A stretch of 64,000 nucleotides of DNA, from IMG/VR virus record IMGVR_UViG_3300045988_131721, positions 72,795 through 136,794 of that record; one strand, written 5' to 3'. Made by a program: the position numbers and the translations under genes. The notes beneath the pieces were generated by a model. The model searched no databases. It worked only from the letters and a program-made list of their open reading frames with translations, and was not told the origin of the DNA. Origin of the DNA: a virus. This document shows positions 42,358-50,973 of the stretch, piece after piece. Position 1 is the stretch's first letter. Every line of letters starts with the position of its first letter.

Positions 42358-43656
42358 TTATTTTATAGTTATATTAGTAGTCCCTAAATTTGCATTATCT
42401 GATTTATATATATCATAGTTTTCCGCATAGTTATCGCTGTTAGTAAAGTTTACAGTTGCCACCTTGCTAAATCCTCCGTCAAAACCACCAACGTTGAAAC
42501 TACAAGTACCTAATCTACTAGGAACACAATAGAATATATATTCTCCAGCTCCTGCATTTACTGTTATGGTTCTATTCTTTGAATTAGATAATTGTTTTGT
42601 TAATCCACTAATCAAAACACTATCATAAGTTGTTGTAGTAGATTTTCCATAGTAAACACCATTAGCAAATGTAATAGTAGCAGTCTTTGATTTTTGAACA
42701 CCACTATTAGATATTCCAGCTAAAGTATAAGTAGTTGTTGTAGTAACTGCTGTGAATGTTTTCGTTCTTAATGTATTCTCAACAGTTGCATTATTAATAG
42801 TTTGACTTTTTATTGTACTATGGGTATAGTTCCATGTTAATTTAGGACTAACAGTACTACCCATTTGTGATATATTTGGTGTTACTGAAAAGGATGAAAT
42901 ATCAAAAGGATTTTGTATATCCCATATTTTAGCATCAAGTTCAATTTGACTCTCTTGTACTTTCTTTATTTTATTATTTACTTCATTTATCCCACCAGTA
43001 ATTGTTTTTTCGTCGGTATTTAAAAATTCATCATTTTTCTTTTGATAATTTGTTAAATCTACAGTTCCTCCACCGATTCCAGAATTAACATCTTCTCTTA
43101 ACTGATTTATTGCACCTACTATAGTTTTGTTATCACCAACTAAATTTTCATCTCGTTTCATCTGAATTTCATTTTTATTTATTCCGTTGGTTATTTCTTT
43201 AACATCTTTTATTAATTTTTCTAATATAGGTAGATTTTTATCATTTTTTATTTTTTTATTTAACTTAGCAGTTATATTTGGTTTAACTACATAATCAAAT
43301 TCTTCAGATGTAAAACATTTTAATTCATTTTCTATTGTTCCAGAAACTCTTATTTCACATGAATATTTACCAACTATATCAAAATAATCTGTAGTTAAAT
43401 CAACTTGATATAATAAATCTTCTTTAGATATTAATGTTGCGTCTAAAGGTTTAAATTCATCTGTCTCTGGTTTTAATACTGCAAATTCAACGATTAAATC
43501 ATCTGGTATGGTTTTATCTTCATCAGTACAAATTAATTTTATAAAAATATTACATATATTTAAATCTGTATTATAGAAAAATATAGTTTTATCGGATTTA
43601 ACTTTTGTATTTTTTAAATCTACGGTAATTAAATAATCTTTATCTATATTAATCAT
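42358..43656 (-). CDS. BppU-N-like baseplate/fibre adaptor protein
   Basis: The N-terminus is paralogous to 14356 and 20782. Contains the NKTIVGAINQL and EKTITGGINEV fibre motifs. Confidence 0.5.
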   Translation of the reverse strand: MINIDKDYLITVDLKNTKVKSDKTIFFYNTDLNICNIFIKLICTDEDKTIPDDLIVEFAVLKPETDEFKPLDATLISKEDLLYQVDLTTDYFDIVGKYSCEIRVSGTIENELKCFTSEEFDYVVKPNITAKLNKKIKNDKNLPILEKLIKDVKEITNGINKNEIQMKRDENLVGDNKTIVGAINQLREDVNSGIGGGTVDLTNYQKKNDEFLNTDEKTITGGINEVNNKIKKVQESQIELDAKIWDIQNPFDISSFSVTPNISQMGSTVSPKLTWNYTHSTIKSQTINNATVENTLRTKTFTAVTTTTTYTLAGISNSGVQKSKTATITFANGVYYGKSTTTTYDSVLISGLTKQLSNSKNRTITVNAGAGEYIFYCVPSRLGTCSFNVGGFDGGFSKVATVNFTNSDNYAENYDIYKSDNANLGTTNITIK

Positions 43657-43683
43657 TTAATCATCCTCCTTTATTAATTTTTA

Positions 43684-43715
43684 TATAAAAAGAGTGGTAA
43701 ATTAACACCACTCTT
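43684..43715 (-). terminator. intrinsic terminator after tailspike 43763..45379
   Basis: Leftward AAGAGTGGT-GTTAATTT-ACCACTCTT followed by TTTATAT. Confidence 0.6.
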
Positions 43716-43737
43716 ACAATTTCATTTCGATACTAAG

Positions 43738-43762
43738 TACACAATATTTTTAAATTGCGAAC
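43738..43762. repeat. post-stop palindromic site TACACAATATTTTTAAATTGCGAAC
   Basis: Abuts the stop of 43763..45379. Matches at 22 of 24 positions the copy inside the same gene at 45237-45260. Confidence 0.8.
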
Positions 43763-45379
43763 TTAAGACAATAAAATAAAATCATTACTCGCTATTCCTG
43801 TTTCAGAAATTCTTAAATATATTTTTTTATCACAACAAACTAGATTTCCAATTTTACTCCCAACTGTATTTGGTAATTCATTAACTTTACCAACATTAAC
43901 AAAATTATTAATTATTGTAAAACTTCCTTCATCTGTAATTTTACCACTTCTATTTCCAATATTCATTGATGTATATTCTGAATTACTTCTTATTCTATGT
44001 GTCATAGCTCCATTACTTGCACAAGTAACTTTAGTTCCTTTGCAATAATTGATATCTATTCCCGTACCACCATCACAATTTATATAACCTATTATAGTAT
44101 CCTCTACTTTGCTTTCTGTTCCATTACTTAAATCTTCTATTTTTATTCCACATCCTGTAATATTTGTTGCGTATATTTTTCTAATCTCATTTGCTACAGG
44201 ATGACCCGTATTGGTAGATTGTAATACGATTATATTTCTTGCATCTTTAGCACTTTCTGTTGTATCATCATTATCTGTTCCCGTTAGATATTGAATACAG
44301 TCAAAAATATTATTTTTACAATTTCCTTTTACACTTATACAATCTTGATTATCATTTATGACCCTTTCTAAAACAACATCTCTAAATCTATTTCCTATTA
44401 TTTGCATTTTATTTCCATCTAATATAATATGTCTAGTCTTTATAAAAGCTATATGAAGATAGTCAAAATACAGTTGACCAACTTCTCTTTTTTGATTACT
44501 TCCCCCAACAACTAATCCATAATCACAATACTGTATATCAACTTTTCCATTGAATATTAATCTAGCAGTACCTCTAATTTCAATTCCAGTTGTAAAATAA
44601 TTATCTGTATTATTTACACCTCTTATTGTTATTCCAAGTGGAAATAATATATTTTCGGGTTTTTCTACATCATCTATTAACAATCCCGCTGAAACAATCC
44701 CATCACAACTTAATTCCCCATACATATTTATTATAGCTTGGTTGCATTTATCATCTAAAACCCAAGGTTCAGTTAATTTCCACACCCACCAATTTATATC
44801 ATTATCACTTAATTGTTTTGCCCCCTCTTGATTAGGGTATGGTTTAGGCACAATAAGCTCATAGTTTCTCCAACTTTCCAATGTTTGTTTTATTTTATTC
44901 CATTTTATATTAAAACTATCACCAGAATACCAACTTAAAACAATTGGAGTGGAAGATAGATGGATATCTGCAATACCCTCACCATCAAAAATAGTATAAT
45001 TTCCAGCAAAAATTTTTCCATTTATTATAACTTTTTTATTAGTAGCAATTTTTATTTTAGCACCCATATTAAATTTAAAAGATATATTGGAAGGGATTGT
45101 AATAGTTTCGCTTATCAAATAAGTTCCTTTTGGTAAAGTTACCAAAATTTCATCTGAAAACTTATTTATTATATTTTCAAGAACTTTACTATTATCTAAA
45201 CCGTTTTTATCCCCACCATAGTCAATAAAATTTAGATTCACAATATCTTTAAATTGCGAATCAATTTCTTCAAATTTCTTTGTATTTGATTTTCCGTTTT
45301 TATCTATAACTAAATCTGGGGAAGTGTATGGATAAGAGTAACCATCATTCCCTTCTCTGACTTTCACTTTATCGCCCAT
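43763..45379 (-). CDS. tailspike, pectate-lyase superfamily-like beta-helix
   Basis: The N-terminal GNDGYSYPYTSPDLVID...SQFKDIVN anchor is present. FIDYGGDKNGLDNSKVLENII...LPKGTYLI resembles the Pectate_lyase_3 cap. Confidence 0.65.
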   Translation of the reverse strand: MGDKVKVREGNDGYSYPYTSPDLVIDKNGKSNTKKFEEIDSQFKDIVNLNFIDYGGDKNGLDNSKVLENIINKFSDEILVTLPKGTYLISETITIPSNISFKFNMGAKIKIATNKKVIINGKIFAGNYTIFDGEGIADIHLSSTPIVLSWYSGDSFNIKWNKIKQTLESWRNYELIVPKPYPNQEGAKQLSDNDINWWVWKLTEPWVLDDKCNQAIINMYGELSCDGIVSAGLLIDDVEKPENILFPLGITIRGVNNTDNYFTTGIEIRGTARLIFNGKVDIQYCDYGLVVGGSNQKREVGQLYFDYLHIAFIKTRHIILDGNKMQIIGNRFRDVVLERVINDNQDCISVKGNCKNNIFDCIQYLTGTDNDDTTESAKDARNIIVLQSTNTGHPVANEIRKIYATNITGCGIKIEDLSNGTESKVEDTIIGYINCDGGTGIDINYCKGTKVTCASNGAMTHRIRSNSEYTSMNIGNRSGKITDEGSFTIINNFVNVGKVNELPNTVGSKIGNLVCCDKKIYLRISETGIASNDFILLS

Positions 45380-45484
45380 TTAATTATCCTCCTTTTGTAT
45401 ATTTTATTGGAGGTGTTTATTGCCCCCATATAATTTATATACTTTCGTAAAACCATTAATCCAAATACTCTTACAAAAGTATAT

Positions 45485-45515
45485 AAAAAAATATGGGGAC
45501 ATTTCTGCCCCCATA
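45485..45515 (-). terminator. strong intrinsic terminator after the major tail protein gene
   Basis: Leftward TATGGGG-GCAGAAATGT-CCCCATA followed by TTTTTTT. Confidence 0.75.
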
Positions 45516-45523
45516 AGTTAAAA

Positions 45524-45537
45524 TTTATTAATTATTT
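45524..45537 (-). repeat. AT-box (perfect)
   Basis: Begins right after the stop codon of 45538..46047 and is followed by the terminator. Confidence 0.8.
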
Positions 45538-46047
45538 TTACACACTTGTTTTATCTTCTTCAAATGTCATAAAATCTCCATTTGTATCAGTACCTATATC
45601 AAAAGTTACAGAATAAGTTTGTAAATCTAATGAACTTGTACCAAAGTCTTCAGTTATTTGTGGAGTACAATTAGCTATTGTTGCATTTAATATTTTTCTT
45701 GTACCGTCTGGGAATTTTAATTTCATTTTTCCTGTATAAGTATAAGTAGTAGATGGAGAATCACCTATATGTACTTTACCTTCTGCATCTTTTGTAGCTC
45801 CTAAAGTAATTAAAAACATATCAAAATTCATAACTTCCATTTCTGCTGTGAAAGTCATAGCTTTATTTGCTTTTAATGTTATTTTATTTTTACCATCAGC
45901 TCTAGCATTTAAAGTATCTTCTGATTGACCTAAATTAAATGCATTTACATAATCTAACGCTACGTCTTTTTCTGTTCCAGTTTCACCGTTTGGATGAAGT
46001 TTACCTTGCATAGCACCTTCTATTACGAATAAAGTTTCTTGTGCCAT
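45538..46047 (-). CDS. major tail (tube) protein
   Basis: 169 aa with a beta-rich composition and a strong SD, followed by a strong terminator. Lies downstream of the head-tail connector genes. Confidence 0.55.
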   Translation of the reverse strand: MAQETLFVIEGAMQGKLHPNGETGTEKDVALDYVNAFNLGQSEDTLNARADGKNKITLKANKAMTFTAEMEVMNFDMFLITLGATKDAEGKVHIGDSPSTTYTYTGKMKLKFPDGTRKILNATIANCTPQITEDFGTSSLDLQTYSVTFDIGTDTNGDFMTFEEDKTSV

Positions 46048-46063
46048 TTCACATTACCTCCGT

Positions 46064-46077
46064 TTTATTAATTATTT
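46064..46077 (-). repeat. AT-box (perfect)
   Basis: Overlaps the stop of 46076..46816 and abuts the ACGGAGG SD of the major tail protein gene. Confidence 0.8.
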
Positions 46078-46816
46078 ATTCATCCCTCATTAGTCTTGTA
46101 CCCATATACCAAGGAGGAATTTCTTTACCTTTATATGCTCCTGCAATAGCAAGTTTCCAAGCCAATTCGCAATCTTCCATTGCTTTCATTGATTTATAAG
46201 TGTCTTGTAATTGCCAAGCAGTCCAATTTTTTATTTCTTCATACGTAGTTTTTCTTGTATGTATCACTTGTCTTACTATTTCTTCAAAATATATAGCATT
46301 TCTTTTTATTTGTTTTTCTTTGTATTCTTTTTCATACTTTTCAAACAATGCTATATCTTCAGCCGAACCTTCAATCTTTTGCTTGATTTCTTTTTTAGGT
46401 TCATCATAATACATTATTTCTAAAACAATTTTAGACAATATATTAAAATTACTATCGTCTATAAAAGATTCAATATTATCTTGAGATTTAATAAATATAC
46501 TATATCCTTTATCTCCACAATTTTTTAACTTTATATCTTTCGTATCATATAAAATCATAAGATATAATATTAAATCTATTAATAAAGATTTATTCTTTTG
46601 AGATAAAGTATAATATATATTAAAAGGCATTTCCACTTCTTCAAAAGCACCATTATTATTCCAATATCGAACCATATAAAAAGGTTTTATAAATTCTATA
46701 CTATCTACCACCTCTATAAAGGTTTGAACCTTGGGTTGTTTAATAATGCCTAAATTAAATTCTTTTAAATCAATATCTTTACCAGATAATAACTCTTTAG
46801 TGAATTTACATTTCAT
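46076..46816 (-). CDS. hypothetical head-tail/tail-completion module protein
   Basis: 246-aa ORF overlapping the upstream gene by 11 nt. Confidence 0.5.
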   Translation of the reverse strand: MKCKFTKELLSGKDIDLKEFNLGIIKQPKVQTFIEVVDSIEFIKPFYMVRYWNNNGAFEEVEMPFNIYYTLSQKNKSLLIDLILYLMILYDTKDIKLKNCGDKGYSIFIKSQDNIESFIDDSNFNILSKIVLEIMYYDEPKKEIKQKIEGSAEDIALFEKYEKEYKEKQIKRNAIYFEEIVRQVIHTRKTTYEEIKNWTAWQLQDTYKSMKAMEDCELAWKLAIAGAYKGKEIPPWYMGTRLMRDE

Positions 46817-47333
46817 TGAAATATCTCACTGTAACACTTGTTATATAAGTGTTATAATCAATTGGTATTGAATAATTTTGTGATGTAGTTCCTATAATTG
46901 GTTTTCCAATAGCCTCTAATCTTTCATCTTCTCTAAGAATTTCATTTATTCTTTTGTAAATGATAACATCTCTTGAACCATTTAATGTATTGGAACAACT
47001 ATTGTGACAAACTACACCTATATCTAATCTAAAAGAACTTATAAATGAAGAGGTTTTACCATTATTTAAAGAAGCTGGTTCATCTTTATACATATTTAAA
47101 AATATATAACAATCAGATTCAAATATAGCGTCAAAGAGTTTATTAACTCTACGGTCTATAAATATTTTTTTATCATTAAGGTTCTTTATAGGCTCTTTTA
47201 CTTTAGGTAGAGATAAAATATCATCTTCAGTGGTGTTTGTATAATACAACATTTTATTAATTGTATCATCAAGCATTAAAAGAGTTCCCACTTTATTTAT
47301 ATATCTATCTGGAAATGTTATTAACTTGCCCAT
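46806..47333 (-). CDS. hypothetical tail-completion/terminator-like protein
   Basis: 175 aa. Called from position only. Confidence 0.45.
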   Translation of the reverse strand: MGKLITFPDRYINKVGTLLMLDDTINKMLYYTNTTEDDILSLPKVKEPIKNLNDKKIFIDRRVNKLFDAIFESDCYIFLNMYKDEPASLNNGKTSSFISSFRLDIGVVCHNSCSNTLNGSRDVIIYKRINEILREDERLEAIGKPIIGTTSQNYSIPIDYNTYITSVTVRYFNEM

Positions 47334-47334
47334 T

Positions 47335-48330
47335 TTAAGATGCCCCCAATCCTCTTATTGTTATATTTTTAATATCTATAGTTTCACCATTCTTATTTTT
47401 TGCTATTAAAGTAATAACTTCTCCAATAATATCAAAATCTAAATCTACAGATATAGTACATTCTTTATTATTTGCATTAGTAATTTTACAAAAACCATAA
47501 TCAAAATCTAATTCAAAATTTACTTCTTCGTCATATTGAATTTTATAAATTAAATCTTCACCTATATGTATTTTATCATTTCCTTCTATTTCTCCAGATT
47601 TAACAGACGAGTCATAAAAAGGATTATAAGCAACTAAGTTATCGTCATCGTCTTCAACTAATTGAGTAGTTTCAAGTAACAACCATTTAATTAATCCATC
47701 ACCTGGAGTTTCTCTTCTGGTATATTCAAAATCATTTTTATGAGTTATTTTATAGGCTTGTCTATCTTTACCCATAAGTCTTGCACCGACTCTTAAACTA
47801 GAAGTTATAGGATTAGCACCTACCAAAACTGTTCTTTTTGCATCTAGGTTAGAAATATATTTATAATCGTGAATACCTTTAGAATACATTGTTAAGTTTG
47901 TAATATTAACAGGTATTCTATAAATTTCACCTTTGTATCCAATATTGAACCATTCATTACATCGTTTTAATGTATACTTTTTATGAGTCATTGTACTTAT
48001 TACTTCTTCAAATTCTAATATGTAATATGATTTATTCCAATATATATAGCTACCTACATCTACAGGACATTCTAATCTACAAACTAAATATTTTTCATCA
48101 AATGCTGTTTTATCATTATCGGCAATGTCTTTTATAACCATTCTTTCATGTGAATTAGTTTCTTTATTTATTAATTCATCTGGTCTCGTATATTGGATTT
48201 CATAAGCACTTCGAGCCTCTTTAGTTAAGTAAAACTCAAAGTCGTTAATCATATCATTTCTTTCTTTTTCCTCTATTGTATTAAAATCTTTTAGATTTCT
48301 TTTTCTATATTTTTCAAAGTAATTACTCAT
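47335..48330 (-). CDS. hypothetical head-tail joining structural protein
   Basis: 331 aa. Called from position only. Confidence 0.45.
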   Translation of the reverse strand: MSNYFEKYRKRNLKDFNTIEEKERNDMINDFEFYLTKEARSAYEIQYTRPDELINKETNSHERMVIKDIADNDKTAFDEKYLVCRLECPVDVGSYIYWNKSYYILEFEEVISTMTHKKYTLKRCNEWFNIGYKGEIYRIPVNITNLTMYSKGIHDYKYISNLDAKRTVLVGANPITSSLRVGARLMGKDRQAYKITHKNDFEYTRRETPGDGLIKWLLLETTQLVEDDDDNLVAYNPFYDSSVKSGEIEGNDKIHIGEDLIYKIQYDEEVNFELDFDYGFCKITNANNKECTISVDLDFDIIGEVITLIAKNKNGETIDIKNITIRGLGAS

Positions 48331-48733
48331 TTATGTCAACTCCTCTTGTGGCATAACCTATTCTTAACTTTCTTAATTCTTTAACATACATTTCTCTAGT
48401 TTTCAAAAGGTTATTCAATAAGGTTGCAGGTGACTTAATAGAATATTCACTATCTGTTATATGAATAGTTAACGCATCTCTATTAAGTATTTTTGTATCT
48501 ACAAAAGGAATTAACATACCTTTAGCTAATATTTGCTTTTCTTTCCAAGTTAATTCTGATTTAAAATAGCCGTCCTCTATAGTTAAATCTTGTTTGCATT
48601 GTTCAAAATTAGATATTGAAACATATAAGTAGGATTCTAACAAATCTTCAAGGACGGATTCATCTATTTCTAATAAATCATCTTTACCTAAATGTTTTAA
48701 AAATAAATCATAAATTTCTGTGACAGGTGTCAT
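48323..48733 (-). CDS. head-tail connector/adaptor-like protein
   Basis: 136 aa with a helical N-terminus, in the position downstream of the capsid gene. Confidence 0.45.
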   Translation of the reverse strand: MTPVTEIYDLFLKHLGKDDLLEIDESVLEDLLESYLYVSISNFEQCKQDLTIEDGYFKSELTWKEKQILAKGMLIPFVDTKILNRDALTIHITDSEYSIKSPATLLNNLLKTREMYVKELRKLRIGYATRGVDINE

Positions 48734-48743
48734 TTAATCACCT

Positions 48744-49340
48744 CTATTCATCAATATCTATTAATTGTTCTCTTCCTAATTTTCTGCATAAAACACGTTC
48801 TTTTTTTCTTGATAACTCATAGTCAGATTCTTCAGATTTAGTTAATAATATAGCTTTACAAGCTAAAGTTCTTATAAATTTATTACTTCTTCCTTCAATT
48901 TCTCTTTCAAAAACATCATCTGAAAGATTTAATATTGAATCTATTTGCATAGCAAATTGATTTTCTTCACTATTATATATACTTGTTATACCTAAATAAT
49001 CAATTATATTATCTATTGTATATTCATCAGATAAAACATCTGTTATTGCCAACATATAATCTTTAAAATATGATTTATTTTTAGTTGCAACTTCATATAA
49101 TTCCGATAGTGGTAATTCAGCATATTCATTTGGATATAAATCAAAATAAGTTTCTTCATTTTTATTCATGTATATTACACTCATAAAAGACATATTGCAA
49201 ATTTCAATATATATTTCATCTTGTTTTTTTCTTAATTCCATATTTATCTGTCTTTTAGTTTTTTTTGTTTCTACTTTTTTTTTGATTTCTTCCGTTTTAT
49301 CTACAGTCTTCGTTTTAGTAGTTTTCTTTATTTTTTCCAT
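48744..49340 (-). CDS. hypothetical protein with Lys-rich N-terminus
   Basis: Start placed at MEKIKK after AAGGGAG. Confidence 0.5.
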   Translation of the reverse strand: MEKIKKTTKTKTVDKTEEIKKKVETKKTKRQINMELRKKQDEIYIEICNMSFMSVIYMNKNEETYFDLYPNEYAELPLSELYEVATKNKSYFKDYMLAITDVLSDEYTIDNIIDYLGITSIYNSEENQFAMQIDSILNLSDDVFEREIEGRSNKFIRTLACKAILLTKSEESDYELSRKKERVLCRKLGREQLIDIDE

Positions 49341-49410
49341 TTTATTCTCCCTTCTTGTAGAATTAAGCACTACTAATTAAAGTAGTGCTATATTATTTAA
49401 ATATTAATTA

Positions 49411-50412
49411 TTATGCAGATATTTTTATCATTGCGTATGTAGAAGCTATAGCAACTCCTAAGTGTAACATACGATTCATTTCCATTTCTATTTGATAGTC
49501 TTGTCTATCTCCTTCTGTATCTTCGTACAATTCAACATCACCTTCATATCCAAGTTTTACAAGTGATTCTCCAACTGGAACTATTAATAACATATCGTCA
49601 TCAACTTCAAAAGCACCAGTAGTTTTATCATAATAATTTGGTAATGGAACTAAAGGAGTACCTTCAAATACTTGAGTATATCCATAATTTCTTCTATCGT
49701 CTTTTTCAGCATCTGATACAAAAGTCGCATCTGATTTTACATGAGCTAATGCTGTTTTAGTTCCTAGTATTTGAACTTCTTGACCTGTAGAATCTGCAAC
49801 TTTAGCTATCATTTCTTTTAAAGTAGTTGATAAAGCACCGTCATTAGATGCTTTACATAAATTTGGATTTCCAGAAGCATCATAAGCTCCAAATATAGTT
49901 TTTGTAACTAAAGTACATACTTTTTTATCAAAAGATTTAGATACTCTATCTACAAATAAAGTCCAGTCTATATTTCCTTTTAAGAAATCAAACATTTCAG
50001 CATAGATTTTAACGCCTAATCTGAAAGCTTTAGTATCTACCTTTTTATCATAGATTCTTTGTCTATGAACTGTTTTGACACCAGTAGCCATTATAGCAAC
50101 TTTGAACAATTCGTCATTTTGAATTAAGAATTCTTTTTTATCTCCTATATCAAAAGTGTCAACATCTACTAAATCCCCAAAAGATTCAACAGTTATTTCG
50201 TTATGAGTTACAGTTATTAATTCTTCTAATAATTCAAATACTGTATTACCATTTCTTTTTAACCATCTTCTATAATTAGATTTCTTTTCTGGAAGTGGTT
50301 CTACTTTTTCAAATATCATATTTCTTATAACATCTGAAGCTTCTTTTCTTGAATAAGAACACACACCGTTATGTAAGTCTATTACCATTTGTCTAACATC
50401 GTTATCTATCAT
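49411..50412 (-). CDS. major capsid protein
   Basis: About 333 aa, in the position after the scaffold and decoration-like genes. Strong SD (TGGAGGT) 7 nt before ATG 50412. Confidence 0.65.
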   Translation of the reverse strand: MIDNDVRQMVIDLHNGVCSYSRKEASDVIRNMIFEKVEPLPEKKSNYRRWLKRNGNTVFELLEELITVTHNEITVESFGDLVDVDTFDIGDKKEFLIQNDELFKVAIMATGVKTVHRQRIYDKKVDTKAFRLGVKIYAEMFDFLKGNIDWTLFVDRVSKSFDKKVCTLVTKTIFGAYDASGNPNLCKASNDGALSTTLKEMIAKVADSTGQEVQILGTKTALAHVKSDATFVSDAEKDDRRNYGYTQVFEGTPLVPLPNYYDKTTGAFEVDDDMLLIVPVGESLVKLGYEGDVELYEDTEGDRQDYQIEMEMNRMLHLGVAIASTYAMIKISA

Positions 50413-50427
50413 TCTTTTAACCTCCAT

Positions 50428-50441
50428 TTTATTAATTATTT
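50428..50441 (-). repeat. AT-box (perfect)
   Basis: Lies between the stop of 50447..50953 and the capsid gene SD. Confidence 0.8.
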
Positions 50442-50446
50442 TATTC

Positions 50447-50953
50447 TTAATAGAATAATATTTGCACCATATCTTTACCCATTAAGTTTGAAGTACCTAT
50501 AACTTCCCCTACTATTCTTTTAGCATCTGCTTCTTCACCAGTTGGAGCAGTGTATTTTTTAAGATTATGTGAACCAGCTTTAACAGTTAATTGGTCTCCT
50601 TTAGCAACAGTTCCATCTATAAGTGTTTTTTCTATATCAACAACCATACCTTTGTGTAAGAAATAAATTCTCACTGCTTCTCCAGCTGGTGTGTTTGCAT
50701 AATCACCAAAATTATAAGATGTTTCTTTTTCATATCTATGACCGTCAGATGCTACCATAGCTAATATTTTATTAGCGTCATCTTCTAAGTCTGTCACTTC
50801 ATAACATTCACCTTCAACTCCTATATCATCTATTTTAGCTAGAGTTGAATCAGCTAGTCCTTTTACTAATACTACTTCACCATTTTTTAATTCAGTAGAG
50901 CATATTGCTGATTTAGCAAAATTATCTTCTACATAAGTTAATATTTGATACAT
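50447..50953 (-). CDS. capsid-associated (decoration/auxiliary) protein
   Basis: 168 aa, between the scaffold and capsid genes. Confidence 0.4.
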   Translation of the reverse strand: MYQILTYVEDNFAKSAICSTELKNGEVVLVKGLADSTLAKIDDIGVEGECYEVTDLEDDANKILAMVASDGHRYEKETSYNFGDYANTPAGEAVRIYFLHKGMVVDIEKTLIDGTVAKGDQLTVKAGSHNLKKYTAPTGEEADAKRIVGEVIGTSNLMGKDMVQILFY

Positions 50954-50973
50954 AAATTTTACCTCCTGTTTTA

